64,000 nucleotides of DNA from positions 352,001-416,000 of the forward strand of contig CAVVLJ010000020.1 of NCBI GenBank assembly GCA_963749075.1. Reading direction: 5' to 3'. Below the pieces are notes generated by a model. The model ran no database searches. It was not told the DNA's origin and was given only the letters and a program-made list of their open reading frames with translations. The position numbers were made by a program, and so were the translations under genes. Numbering within the stretch: position 1 is the stretch's first letter; each line of letters opens with the position of its first letter. Of this stretch, positions 9,330 to 19,058 are shown piece after piece. The DNA is from an uncultured Pseudomonadota bacterium (GTDB taxonomy: Bacteria; Pseudomonadota; Alphaproteobacteria; JACZXZ01).

Positions 9330-10484
9330 TCAGGCATCGTGCCGCAGCGGAAGCCATCCCCGTCTCTGCCGCCAGTCCTCCTCAAGTCCCGAGAAGCGCG
9401 CGAGGCGAAGCGGCGACAGGTCGGCGAAGCCGCAGCGGCCGCGGAGGACGAGCTCCATGACGGCCTTGCCGCTCGCGGGCGACAGGCCGAAGCCGACGCT
9501 CGACATGGTGGCGACGACGACGTTCCCCGGCGTCTCCAGCCGGTCGATCACCGGCCGTCCGTCCGGCGTGTTCTCGACGAGCCCGGCCCAGCTCCTGAGC
9601 ACGCGCGCATGCGCGGCACCCGGGAAGAGCGCCGCAAGCCGGCGCGCGATATTGCGCAAGAGCGGCGTGCCGGCATTCGCCCGCGCCGCCGCCTCCGCGT
9701 CCCCGAGCCATTCATGGGGGCCGCCGCCGTAGACAAGGTTTCCACGCAGGGTCTGGCGCCCGTAGAGTCCGTTGCCGTCGACGCCGCCGTAGCGCATCGG
9801 CGGCAGCGCTTCCGTCACGATCATCTCGGCGCGCGCGGGAGCCATTGGCACCGCGGCGCCGACCATCGCGGCCAGCCGCCCGGTTTGCGGCCCGGCCGCG
9901 ATCACCAGCGCATCGCAGCCGAAGTCGCCGCGGTCCGTCCTGACGCCCGCCGCCCGATCGGCGCCGAGTGCTATCCCGGTGACCGTGGTGTGTTGCGCGA
10001 TGCGGCCGCCCAAGTCCTGCAGCGCCCAGGCGTAGGCCTGAACCGTGCGCTGCGGATTTGCGTGGCCGCCGAAATGAAGGAAGAGGCCTCCCGAAGCGGC
10101 GTTTCCGGCGAGCGGCACCAGCTCGGCGAGCTGCTTCGCATCGAGGGGCTCCGTCTTGAAGCCCTGATATCCGGCCGCTCTTGCGATTTCTCCGCAGCGC
10201 TCGCGATCTTTCTGGCTCGAGGCAACGCGGATGCGGCAGGGGCGGAATTCGGTGGGATAGCGGAGAAGTTCGTCCATCTGCGGCCACAGCCGCTGCTCCT
10301 CGGCGAACAGCGGGCTGTGCGGATGGGTCGCCCCGCCGCCGTTCCGTCCGGATGCCTCCCAGCCGACGATGCCCCTCTCGATCACCAGAACGTCGGCGCC
10401 GGAGCGGGCGAGCCACCAGGCGGCGCTCAATCCCGTGACGCCGCCGCCTATGACGATGACCGAGGCTCCCTTGGTGGCGCGCAT
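9330..10484 (-). CDS. FAD-dependent oxidoreductase (DAO / sarcosine oxidase beta / opine oxidase B family)
   Basis: VIVIGGGVTG, EASGRNGGG, SWAGLVENTPDGRPVI, GFGLSPASG. Confidence 0.85.
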   Translation of the reverse strand: MRATKGASVIVIGGGVTGLSAAWWLARSGADVLVIERGIVGWEASGRNGGGATHPHSPLFAEEQRLWPQMDELLRYPTEFRPCRIRVASSQKDRERCGEIARAAGYQGFKTEPLDAKQLAELVPLAGNAASGGLFLHFGGHANPQRTVQAYAWALQDLGGRIAQHTTVTGIALGADRAAGVRTDRGDFGCDALVIAAGPQTGRLAAMVGAAVPMAPARAEMIVTEALPPMRYGGVDGNGLYGRQTLRGNLVYGGGPHEWLGDAEAAARANAGTPLLRNIARRLAALFPGAAHARVLRSWAGLVENTPDGRPVIDRLETPGNVVVATMSSVGFGLSPASGKAVMELVLRGRCGFADLSPLRLARFSGLEEDWRQRRGWLPLRHDA

Positions 10485-10523
10485 TCCGACCGCGTGACTT
10501 GACGAAGATATCTGCAATGGCCG

Positions 10524-12212
10524 TCAGCCGCCCCGGCGCGTGCCGCGGCGCGCCGTGCCGCCGTCGCCCGCGGACGGCGCGTCGATCTCCCAGAACGGCG
10601 TCCACTGGCCGGGAATGCCGAACCACGCGTCCCACTCGGCGGCCATGGCCGTGACTTCCTCCCTGTCCTGGAGCACCGCCAGCGGCAGCGGCCGCACGGG
10701 CGCGCGGTAGCTGGGGAGCGGGATGCGGCCGACGTCGAGGTCCGCCGCCAGGGCCAGCAGCATGGCGACCTGCTCCCGGCAACGCCGCCCCTGGCAGTGG
10801 CCCATTCCCGCCCGCGTGAGACGCTTCAGCTGATCCTGGTTCGGCGGGCCGTCGGCGAGCAGGGTCTTGAGATCGCGCGGCGGGTTGCTCGAGCCGCTCC
10901 ATTCGAGGTAGCGCGGCGGGCGGACGTCCAGGATATCGCGGCAGGTGACCTCCTCGCACTGACAGACCACTGTGTCCTGCCAGCCCATGTTGAGCAAGGC
11001 CTTGACCCAGCTGAGGCGGCTGTCCGTCGGCTGCGACCGCGGCCGCGGCAAGGACGGCAGCACCGCCGCGCGGCGCGCGAACGTAGCCTCGTCGATGGCG
11101 CCGAGCGACAGGGCGGCGCTCAGGGCGGCAGTGCGGCCCTCCGTCTCCGCCACGATGGACTCGAGCGTCTTCTCCGCAAAGATGCCGGCACAGTCGCCGG
11201 CCGCGAAGGCGAAGGGCAGCGAGGTGCGCTGCCGGGAGTCGACCGCCGGGACGTGCCCGCCCAGCATGGCGTCGTAAGCGATATCGCAGCCGAGCACGTC
11301 AAGAAGCTCGATGTTCGGAACGGCGGCGATGCCGAGACACACCGTATCACAGGCAATCGCCCGCTCGCTTCCCGGGCGGGGATGGAGCGCAGAATCGACC
11401 TCCAGGATCGTCGCGCGGCACACGCCGTCGGCGCTCCCGTCGACCTGCGAGACGACGGAGGAGGGAACGAGCTGGACGCCCGCGTCCTGCAGTCTCTTGA
11501 TGAGATGGCGCGGACCGTGCAGCGCCGGCGCCACCTCGATTATGGCTGCCACCTCGACGCCTTGGTCGAGCGCCGCCGCTGCCGTAGAGAGGGCCTCGGC
11601 GCCGGAGCCGAGGACGACGATGCGGCGGCCTGCAAACGCCCGATAACGCGTGAGCAATGCGTGGGCGGCGCCAATTCCCATCACGCCGGCCATGTGCCAG
11701 CCGGGAAACGCCATGCCCATGTCGCGCCGGCCCGCCGCGATCACGACGCGCTCGAAGCCGACGAGCCACGATCCCTTGTCGTCCGCCAGTCCCATGACGG
11801 GCCCGGGCATCCAGTGGACGCCGGGACCGTTGGCAAAGGCGCCCCACGCGCAAGTGCCGAGCCGCACGTCGACGCCGAGCTCGAAGGCTTCCTCGATCGC
11901 GGGGTCCGCGGCAGCGATCCGCTCGAGCATGCGGCCGCGATGCCGGCTCGAGCCGTCCATGCGCTGCCCGAAATGCAAGGGAACATCCAGGCCCATCATC
12001 GCCGCGTCGATCGGATGCTCGTCGACCAACATGACCTTGAGCCCGAGCCCTGCCGCCTCGCGGGCCGCAGCGAGTCCGGCCGGGCCCACGCCCAGCACGA
12101 GAAGCTGCGCGTGCTCCTGCGCAACCGGCGTCTTCCCCGCGACGGACCGAGCATCGACGATTTCCCGCACCGCACCGCTCCTGGGGCCAGGTCGATCAGG
12201 ACCGCCATTCAT
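10524..12212 (-). CDS. NAD(P)/FAD-dependent oxidoreductase with C-terminal BFD-like [2Fe-2S] domain (opine oxidase A / HcnB-like)
   Basis: GVGPAGLAAA, AFPGWHMAGVM, AAGDCAG, VCQCEEVT, LKRLTRAGMGHCQGRRC, RAPVRP. Start codon uncertain. Confidence 0.82.
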   Translation of the reverse strand: MNGGPDRPGPRSGAVREIVDARSVAGKTPVAQEHAQLLVLGVGPAGLAAAREAAGLGLKVMLVDEHPIDAAMMGLDVPLHFGQRMDGSSRHRGRMLERIAAADPAIEEAFELGVDVRLGTCAWGAFANGPGVHWMPGPVMGLADDKGSWLVGFERVVIAAGRRDMGMAFPGWHMAGVMGIGAAHALLTRYRAFAGRRIVVLGSGAEALSTAAAALDQGVEVAAIIEVAPALHGPRHLIKRLQDAGVQLVPSSVVSQVDGSADGVCRATILEVDSALHPRPGSERAIACDTVCLGIAAVPNIELLDVLGCDIAYDAMLGGHVPAVDSRQRTSLPFAFAAGDCAGIFAEKTLESIVAETEGRTAALSAALSLGAIDEATFARRAAVLPSLPRPRSQPTDSRLSWVKALLNMGWQDTVVCQCEEVTCRDILDVRPPRYLEWSGSSNPPRDLKTLLADGPPNQDQLKRLTRAGMGHCQGRRCREQVAMLLALAADLDVGRIPLPSYRAPVRPLPLAVLQDREEVTAMAAEWDAWFGIPGQWTPFWEIDAPSAGDGGTARRGTRRGG

Positions 12213-12488
12213 GCCGCCCGCTCCCCGCGCGGGCGCCGATCGGGGCGACGATGACACGCGCCTTGAGCTCCGGCAAATGGCCGGCTAGGAGAATTAGCTA
12301 GATCGCTGGCAGACATAAGCGCGCATCCGGGTGCTTGCCGGGCATGCGCCCTCAGACTCTAGCGTTGGAACCACAAGATTTAGGGGGTCAAGCCCGAAAT
12401 TCGTCGATTTTTGGACTTCACTTCATCACGCTGTCACAATATGGTTCTATGCCTTGCGCGAGTGAGCGGCGGAGAGTGAGCGGACGGG

Positions 12489-13049
12489 ATGCTTTCACCG
12501 AACAGTTGGCCCGCGTTGGTGTTGAACGCCGATTTCCGGCCGCTCAGCTACTTCCCGCTTTCCCTGTGGTCATGGCAGGAGACGATCAAGGCCGTCTTCC
12601 TCGAACGGGTCAACATCGTCTCGCAATATGACGAGCTCGTGCATTCGCCGACCATGGCGATGCGGCTGCCGAGCGTGATCGCGCTCAAGGAATATATCCC
12701 GGCGGCGCGGCGTCCGGCCTTCACCCGTTTCAACGTCTTTCTGCGCGACCATTTCACCTGCCAGTACTGCGGCTCGCGCCGGCCAACCCAGGAGCTCACC
12801 TTCGACCATCTGGTGCCGCGCTCGCGCGGCGGGCACACGACCTGGCAGAACGTGGTCACCGCCTGCGGCCAGTGCAATCTTTTGAAGGGCAACCGGCTTT
12901 CCAGGGAGTCGGGTCTCTACCCGCGCACGCGGCCGTTGCCGCCCACCACCTACGAGCTCCAGGCGAACGGCCGCGCCTTCCCGCCGAACTATCTCCACCA
13001 GAGCTGGCGGGACTTCCTTTACTGGGATACCGAGCTCGATCCGAACTGA
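12489..13049 (+). CDS. HNH endonuclease (conserved alphaproteobacterial type)
   Basis: [49 protein letters not shown]. Confidence 0.92.
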   Translation: MLSPNSWPALVLNADFRPLSYFPLSLWSWQETIKAVFLERVNIVSQYDELVHSPTMAMRLPSVIALKEYIPAARRPAFTRFNVFLRDHFTCQYCGSRRPTQELTFDHLVPRSRGGHTTWQNVVTACGQCNLLKGNRLSRESGLYPRTRPLPPTTYELQANGRAFPPNYLHQSWRDFLYWDTELDPN

Positions 13050-14377
13050 GCCGGGAGGGCAAGCGCCTCCGCCGGATAGATCGGGAAGCGGCGCGTCAGC
13101 GCCCGCACTTGCGCATGCACGGCGCCCTCGACCGCGTCGTTCTGCCGGGGCGCCCGGGCGAGCCCGTCGAGAACTTGGGCGATCCAATTGCCCGTCGCCT
13201 GGAACTCGGGCACGCCGAAGCCGCGCGTGGTGGCGGCCGAGGCGCCGAGCCTGATGCCCGAGGTGAGGGAAGGCTTCTCCTCGTCGAAGGGCACGGCGTT
13301 CTTGTTGCAGGTGATGCCGGCGCGCTCGAGGCTCTCCGAGGCAGCCAGGCCCTTGAGGCCCTGGCGCCGCAGATCGAGAAGCACGATCGGCGTGTCCGTG
13401 CCGCCGCCCACCACGTCGTAGCCGCGCGCGGCGAGGATGGCGGCGAGTGCACGGGCATTCTCCAGCACGGCATGGGCGTAGAGGCGGAACTCGGGCCGCA
13501 ACGCCTCCGCCAGGCACACCGCCTTGGCGGCGAGCGCATGGAGGAGGGGGCTGCCCTGCACGCCCGGAAAGACCGCCTGGTTGATGCGGCGCGCCAGCGT
13601 CTCGTCGTTCGAGAGGATGACGCCGCCGCGGGCACCGCGCAGCGATTTGTAGGTCGTGGTCGTCGCCACGTCGGCGTATGGCAGCGGGTTCGGATGGACG
13701 CCGCCGGCGACCAATCCGGCAAAATGGGCCATGTCGACGAGGAGCTTGGCACCCGCCTCGTCGGCGATGGCGCGCATGCGCAGGAAGTCGATCGCCCGCG
13801 GGTAGGAGGAGCCGCCGGCCACCACGAGCTTCGGCCGGTGCGCACGCGCGAGGGCTGCCACCTCGTCGTAATCGATGAGGCCGTCCTGGCGGCGCGTGCC
13901 GTATTGCACGACGCGGTGGAACTTGCCGCTCTGGTTGAAGGGCGCGCCATGGCTCAAATGTCCGCCGGCGTCGAGCGCCATGGAGAGTACCGCGTCGCCC
14001 GGCTCGAGGAGAGCCATGAACACCGCCTGGTTCGCCTGGCTTCCCGAATGGGGCTGCACGTTGGCGAAGCGGCAGCCGAAGAGAGCGCAGGCACGCTCGA
14101 TGGCGACGCGCTCGACCACGTCCACGTTGGCGGCACCGCCATGGTAGCGCCGGCCCGGCAGCCCCTCGACCGTCTTGTTGGTAAGCAGCGAGCCCTGCGC
14201 CTCGAGCACGGCGCGGCTTACGATGTTCTCCGACGCGATGAGCTCGATCACGTCCCGCTGGCGCGCGTATTCCTGGGCGATGGCCTCGGCGATGGTGGGA
14301 TCGATCTCGCCGAGGTGCGCGGTGAAATAGCCGGCATGGAGGACCGGCCCGCGGCCGTCCTCGTCCGCATCGCTCAT
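13019..14377 (-). CDS. serine hydroxymethyltransferase-family enzyme with non-canonical active site
   Basis: [35 protein letters not shown] and SGIRLG are present, but TNKTVEG and TTTTYKS replace the canonical TNKYAEG and TTTTHKT. ATGA overlap with the upstream gene. Confidence 0.88.
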   Translation of the reverse strand: MSDADEDGRGPVLHAGYFTAHLGEIDPTIAEAIAQEYARQRDVIELIASENIVSRAVLEAQGSLLTNKTVEGLPGRRYHGGAANVDVVERVAIERACALFGCRFANVQPHSGSQANQAVFMALLEPGDAVLSMALDAGGHLSHGAPFNQSGKFHRVVQYGTRRQDGLIDYDEVAALARAHRPKLVVAGGSSYPRAIDFLRMRAIADEAGAKLLVDMAHFAGLVAGGVHPNPLPYADVATTTTYKSLRGARGGVILSNDETLARRINQAVFPGVQGSPLLHALAAKAVCLAEALRPEFRLYAHAVLENARALAAILAARGYDVVGGGTDTPIVLLDLRRQGLKGLAASESLERAGITCNKNAVPFDEEKPSLTSGIRLGASAATTRGFGVPEFQATGNWIAQVLDGLARAPRQNDAVEGAVHAQVRALTRRFPIYPAEALALPAQFGSSSVSQ

Positions 14378-15160
14378 GCCGCCGCGGCCTCGAGGAGGCA
14401 ATCGTCGGCGAGGAGTGCGAGCGGCGCGAAGTCCCGGTGGTGCTTGTAGTCGGGCCGCGCGAAGCGCCTTTGCGCGTTGGCGACCGGATTGGCGATGAGC
14501 GAGAAGATGCGCCGGCTCCAGGGCGAGAGGTTGGGCGGCGAGGCGTGCACCAGGCAGTCGCCGAAGATGAGCGCCGTGCCCGCGCGTCCGGTCGCGGACA
14601 CGATGCCGTGCGCGTCGGCGAGCCGCGCAATGGTGTCGCGCTCGACGACCCAGAGCGGATAGCTCGTGGAGGTCGTGTCGAGCTCGGCCGGCGCCGGGCC
14701 GTGGCGCTGCGAGCCGGGGATGAAATAGAGCGGCCCGTTGAACTCGCTCACCTCGTCGAGGAAGACGTGGAGGTTGAGCGCCAACGGCTCGGGCACGCCG
14801 TCCTCATGGTGGTGCGTCGCGAAGTCGTAGTGCCACTGCCAGGCCTCGCCCTCGAAGGCGGCCTTGACGTTGACCTTGACCTGCTGGGCATAGAGCCGCT
14901 CGCCCAGGAGCTGGAAGGCGGGCTCGAGGAGGCGCGGATGGCGCACGAGCTTGGCATAGGCAGCACTCCTGAGATGGAGGCCCATGGCGGTGCGCACCTC
15001 GCCGCTCAGCTTCTCGCGCACGTTGGCGGCGCTGTCCTCGGCGAAGAGCGGGAGGAGCGCCTGGCGCAGCACCTCGACCTCGCGCGGCGAGAAGAGCGCC
15101 GGGAGCACGAGAAAGCCCCGGCGCCCGAACTCGTCCACCTGCTTAGCACTGAGTTCGCAT
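14374..15160 (-). CDS. PhyH-family 2-oxoglutarate/Fe(II) dioxygenase (ectoine/proline hydroxylase-like) with apparent +1 frameshift at codon 2-3
   Basis: WQWHYDF (HxD), [30 protein letters not shown]5-ATG at 15160 is one base out of frame. Confidence 0.82.
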
Positions 15161-15226
15161 GACCGCCTCCTCGCCTGCTGCGCGGCAATTCTCCGCCAAA
15201 GCTCCGGTGTGATGCAAGACGCCACG

Positions 15227-15325
15227 CCCCCCTCCCCAGCCCTCCCCCTCAAGGGGGGAGGGAGAAGATAGCGGGGTCCACCTCGCTTCCCCTCCCCCCT
15301 TGAGGGGGAGGGTAGGGTGGGGGGT
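15227..15325. repeat. palindromic MITE/REP-like element, family A copy 2
   Basis: CCCCCCTCCCCAGCCCTCCCCCTCAAGGGGGGAGGG...CCCTCCCCCCTTGAGGGGGAGGGTAGGGTGGGGGG. Confidence 0.8.
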
Positions 15326-15350
15326 ACGCTTGATCCCGTAGCCGGCTTCG

Positions 15351-15914
15351 CTACACCCGCGTCGAGAGCCAGATGGCGAGGCGCGAGGCGGCTTTGATGG
15401 CGCCGGAGAGGAGGGGATAGGCGGGAGCCGCCTCGGCGCCGTGGGCGAGAGCGGTCTCCTTGTGCTCGACCTCGTGCTGGCGGAACTCCTCAACCGTGCT
15501 CTTGAGCGCCGCCTCGTCGTCGCCGAGCGCTGCCGCCTGGCGCGCGTAATGCTCGTCGATCACCTCCTCGACCGCGACGGTGCAGGCCATTGCCGCGCGC
15601 CCGCCCAGGAGCGCCGTAGCAGCACCGAGGGCGAAGCCCGCCACGTGCCAGAGCGGGTAGAGGACCGTCGGGCGCACGCGGCGCTCGACGATGAGCCGCT
15701 CGAAGGCTTCGAGGTGGCGCTCCTCTTCTGCGGCCATCTTGCGGATGGCGGCTGCCTCGGGGCTGCTGCCGAGCACGGCGAGCTGGCCGTCGTAGATGCG
15801 CTTGGCGCCGAATTCGCCCGCATGGTCGACGCGGATCATGCGCTTGACGAGCTCTGCGCGGTCGGGATCGCCCGGCCAGCGCTCGGCCGCGGTCTCCTTG
15901 ACAGGCTCGCTCAT
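15351..15914 (-). CDS. coq7: demethoxyubiquinone hydroxylase (Coq7 family)
   Basis: MIRVDHAGEFGAKRIYDGQ, EERH, AMACTVAVEEVIDEHY, EVEH di-iron motifs. Confidence 0.92.
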   Translation of the reverse strand: MSEPVKETAAERWPGDPDRAELVKRMIRVDHAGEFGAKRIYDGQLAVLGSSPEAAAIRKMAAEEERHLEAFERLIVERRVRPTVLYPLWHVAGFALGAATALLGGRAAMACTVAVEEVIDEHYARQAAALGDDEAALKSTVEEFRQHEVEHKETALAHGAEAAPAYPLLSGAIKAASRLAIWLSTRV

Positions 15915-16447
15915 GAGCGGGCTCCCCTCCACGCCCGGCGCGCCGCGTAGAGAGCGAAGAGCGCCAGGCAAAGTGCTATGGCGAAATTGTAGCCCGCCAT
16001 GGAGATGCCGAACAGCGACCAGGGGATGCTGTCGCAGCGCACGACGGGTGCCGCCAGGATCTGCTGCCGGAGTGCCGCGAGCGAGCCGGCGGGAGCCGAC
16101 CCGGCGGCTCCGGTGCAGGCGGCAGTGCCTTCCCACCAGTGGTGCTCGACGCCCACATGGAAGGCGGCGATGCCGGCATCGGCGAGGAAGGCGAGGGCCG
16201 CGAGGGAGAGGGCGGCGCCGCGCAACCGGCGATCGGCGAGGAAGAGGGCGAGAGCCGCAAAGGCGATGGCGACGCCGTAGGGGTAGCGTTGGTAGATGCA
16301 GAGCACGCAAGGCTGGAGCTTGCCCACATATTGGAAGAGGAAGGAGGTGCCGAGGACGGCGGCCGAGGCGGCGAGGATGAGGGCGCCCGGCGCGTGGCGG
16401 CCGCGGGCCAGCCGGTCGAGCAAGGATTGCCGGGTGCGTTCGGACAA
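15911..16447 (-). CDS. dsbB: disulfide bond formation protein B family
   Basis: LQPCVLCIYQRYPY, FHVGVEHHWW, VVRCD, FGISMAGYN, transmembrane segments. Confidence 0.85.
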   Translation of the reverse strand: MSERTRQSLLDRLARGRHAPGALILAASAAVLGTSFLFQYVGKLQPCVLCIYQRYPYGVAIAFAALALFLADRRLRGAALSLAALAFLADAGIAAFHVGVEHHWWEGTAACTGAAGSAPAGSLAALRQQILAAPVVRCDSIPWSLFGISMAGYNFAIALCLALFALYAARRAWRGARS

Positions 16448-16456
16448 GGGCGGCTC

Positions 16457-17035
16457 CTAGAGAAAGCGCAGCACGAGGAAGCCGCCCACGAGTGCCGCTG
16501 CGAAGAGGCTCGTCATGAGGGCGAGGCGCCGCTCGATGAAGAGGCGGACCCTATCGCCGAAGCGCCAGAGCAGGGCCGCCACCAGGAAAAAGCGCAGGCT
16601 GCGCGAGACGAGCGAGGCCAGCGTGAAGGCCGCGAGGTCGAACTTGAGGGCGCCGCTCGCGATCGTGATGAGCTTGTAGGGGATGGGCGTCATGCCCTTG
16701 ATCATGATGATCCACGCCCCCCACTCGGCATAGGAGGCCTTGAGCGCCTCGTACTTGTCCATCACGTGATAGAACTCGAGCACGCGCACGCCGATGGTCT
16801 CGAAGGCGAAATAGCCGATGGCGTAGCCGAGATAGCCGCCGGCGACCGAGGCCAAGGTGCACACGCCGGCCAAGAGGAAGGCGCGGCGCGGCCGCGCCAG
16901 CACCATGGGGATGAGCAGCACGTCCGGCGGAATGGGGAAGAGCGAGCTCTCGATGAAGCTCACGGCGGCGAGGCCCCAGATGGCGTGGCGATGGCCGGCG
17001 ATCGTGAGAGTCCAGTCGTAGAGCCGTCGCAGCAT
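16457..17035 (-). CDS. YqaA/DedA family membrane protein
   Basis: SFIESSLFPIPPDVLLIPM, TPIPYKLITIASG, SRSLRFF. Confidence 0.9.
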   Translation of the reverse strand: MLRRLYDWTLTIAGHRHAIWGLAAVSFIESSLFPIPPDVLLIPMVLARPRRAFLLAGVCTLASVAGGYLGYAIGYFAFETIGVRVLEFYHVMDKYEALKASYAEWGAWIIMIKGMTPIPYKLITIASGALKFDLAAFTLASLVSRSLRFFLVAALLWRFGDRVRLFIERRLALMTSLFAAALVGGFLVLRFL

Positions 17036-17180
17036 CGCGATCCCTTGCTACCTCGTGGCCGCGCCGGTTTAGCAGGCGATGGCTGAGAGAGCAATGTCGC
17101 ATCCGGCCGCAGGCTCGGCTAGGCTTGCCCCGCGCAAATGGGGCGAAATCGCGGCGCGCGGCGCAGAGGGCGGCGGGGCG

Positions 17181-17879
17181 ATGTCGAAGTGGCTGGCCTT
17201 CTGGGAAGGCGACAATCCCATCTATGTGAGCGAGCGCCACCGCCGCGTCCACTACGCGCGCGTGGCGGAGGACATCCGCTCCGTGCTGCCGCCGGAGGGC
17301 GATGGAGCCGTGCTCGACTACGGCTGCGGCGAGGCGCTCGAGGCGGGCCGCGTGGCCGCGCATTGCGCCCGGCTCTATCTTTATGACGCCTCACGCACGG
17401 TGCGCGCGCGGCTCCTCGAGCGCTTCGAGGGCGCCGCCGGGCTCGCCGTGCTCGACGAGGACGGGCTCGCCGCACTCGGCGAAGCGGCGCTCGATGTCGT
17501 GGTCGTGAACTCGGTCATCCAGTATCTCGCGCGCGAGGAGCTCATGGCCCTCCTCGAGCGGGCGCTCGGCTGGCTCAAGCGGGGAGGCGCGCTCGTGCTC
17601 GCGGACGTGGTGCCGCCGGGGCCCCAGGCGGCGGCCGACGCCAAGGCGCTGCTCGCGACCGCCTGGCGGCACGGCTTCCTGGGTGCCGCCCTCATCGGAC
17701 TCGTGCGGGCGGCACTTTCCGACTACCGGCGCCTGCGCGCCGAGGCCGGCTTCGCCGCTTACGGCGAGGCGGAGATGCTGGCGCTCCTCAAGGATGCGGG
17801 CTTTGCCGCGCGCCGGCGGCGCACGAACTTCGGCTTCAATCCGGCGCGCATGACCTTCATCGCGACGCGGCCGCGCTGA
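17181..17879 (+). CDS. class I SAM-dependent methyltransferase
   Basis: VLDYGCGEA motif I, VVNSVIQYL, GGALVLADV. Confidence 0.82.
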   Translation: MSKWLAFWEGDNPIYVSERHRRVHYARVAEDIRSVLPPEGDGAVLDYGCGEALEAGRVAAHCARLYLYDASRTVRARLLERFEGAAGLAVLDEDGLAALGEAALDVVVVNSVIQYLAREELMALLERALGWLKRGGALVLADVVPPGPQAAADAKALLATAWRHGFLGAALIGLVRAALSDYRRLRAEAGFAAYGEAEMLALLKDAGFAARRRRTNFGFNPARMTFIATRPR

Positions 17880-17889
17880 AGCGGCGCCG

Positions 17890-17917
17890 TTGACCCGCGC
17901 CTCGCCTCGGCTATGAT
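17890..17917 (+). promoter_or_regulatory. sigma-70 promoter of tRNA-Leu
   Basis: TTGACC-N16-TATGAT, ending 10 nt before the tRNA. Confidence 0.6.
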
Positions 17918-17927
17918 CGCCGCGCTC

Positions 17928-18014
17928 GCGGGCGTGGCGGAACCGGTAGACGCGCTGGACTCAAAATCCAGTTCTGGCAACAGAGTGGGAGTTCGACTCT
18001 CCCCGCCCGCACCA
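17928..18014 (+). tRNA. tRNA-Leu(CAA)
   Basis: Acceptor stem GCGGGCG/CGCCCGC-A-CCA, anticodon arm CTGGA-CTCAAAA-TCCAG, long variable arm, GTTCGA T-loop. Confidence 0.97.
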
Positions 18015-18040
18015 GTTCGCAATTTACCCCTCGGCAATCT

Positions 18041-18940
18041 TCAGCGGATCGCCTGCAGCATGAAGTCGACGAACGCCCGGACCTTCGCGGCCTGGTGATG
18101 GCGCGAGGGATGCAGCGCATAGAGCGGGAATGTCTCCCCGGGCCAGTCCGGGAAGAGCTCGATCAGGCGGCCTTGCTCCAATAGCTCCTCTACGCCCAAG
18201 GCCATGACCTGGGCGATGCCGGCTCCGGCGACGCAGGCGCCGAGCATCGTGCCAACGTCGCTCAGCAAGAGGCGTCCGGCCGTCTTGACGGGAACGATCC
18301 TGCGGCCGCGGCGGAACTCCCAATCGAACGGCTGCCCCGTCAGCGGGTTGCGGAACTGGATGCAGGCATGGCGCGCGAGCTCGGCCGGCCGCCTGGGCCG
18401 GCCGTGCCGATCGAGATAGGCGGGTGCCGCCACGGTCAGGATGCGCGTCTCGATCAGCTTGCGCGCGACGAGGGATGACGATGGCGCTTCACCGAAGCGC
18501 ACCGCCACGTCGAAGCCCTCGGCGACGAGATCGCCTATGTGCTCGCGGGTGACGAGCTCGAGGGAGAGCTCGGGATAGCGCGCGAGGAAGGCGCCGAGTT
18601 GGGCGGCGAGAACGAGGCGCGAGAAGAACGGGTCGACATTGACGCGCAGGCGCCCGCGCACGGTCGCGGAGGAGCCTGCCGCCTGGGCCGCCGCCTCCTC
18701 GATGCCGGCAAGAAGCGGACCGACGTGCTCGTAGAAGCGGCGCCCCTCGTCGGTCAGCTTGACCGAGCGCGTCGTCCTGTCGAAAAGACGCACGCCGAGC
18801 CGCGCCTCGAGCCGGGCGACCGCGCGGCTGACGCCGGGCTGGGTCAAGCCGAGCGCCTCGGCCGCGCGCACGAAGCTGCCGGCCTCGACCACCGCCGCCA
18901 CCACGCCGATGCCGCTCAGGAGCCGCGCATCGAACGGCAT
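18041..18940 (-). CDS. LysR family regulator (CrgA/DmlR-like)
   Basis: GSFVRAAEALGLTQPGVSRAVARLE, LFDRTTR, EGFDVAVRFG. Confidence 0.92.
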   Translation of the reverse strand: MPFDARLLSGIGVVAAVVEAGSFVRAAEALGLTQPGVSRAVARLEARLGVRLFDRTTRSVKLTDEGRRFYEHVGPLLAGIEEAAAQAAGSSATVRGRLRVNVDPFFSRLVLAAQLGAFLARYPELSLELVTREHIGDLVAEGFDVAVRFGEAPSSSLVARKLIETRILTVAAPAYLDRHGRPRRPAELARHACIQFRNPLTGQPFDWEFRRGRRIVPVKTAGRLLLSDVGTMLGACVAGAGIAQVMALGVEELLEQGRLIELFPDWPGETFPLYALHPSRHHQAAKVRAFVDFMLQAIR

Positions 18941-18944
18941 TTCA

Positions 18945-18959
18945 ATGACTCCATGTCAT
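18945..18959. promoter_or_regulatory. LysR-type binding site (T-N11-A dyad)
   Basis: ATGAC-TCCAT-GTCAT dyad in the divergent lysR/nmrA intergenic region. Confidence 0.6.
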
Positions 18960-19058
18960 AAGTCAAATGACACTTATGCAGTCGCGTAATGCCCTGTCCA
19001 CCCCCATTTTCACCTCCGAAGCGGCGTCGGCCGCGGCAGGCGGAACAAGGAGATCGGC

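Noticed and set aside
9330-12257. Hydrogen cyanide synthase hcnBC
   Set aside because: There is no hcnA, and the importer/LysR context favours catabolism. Family-level similarity only.
12489-13049. HNH as a homing endonuclease or defence/mobile element
   Set aside because: It matches the widespread chromosomal alphaproteobacterial HNH in its usual neighbourhood, with no intron, methylase or repeats.
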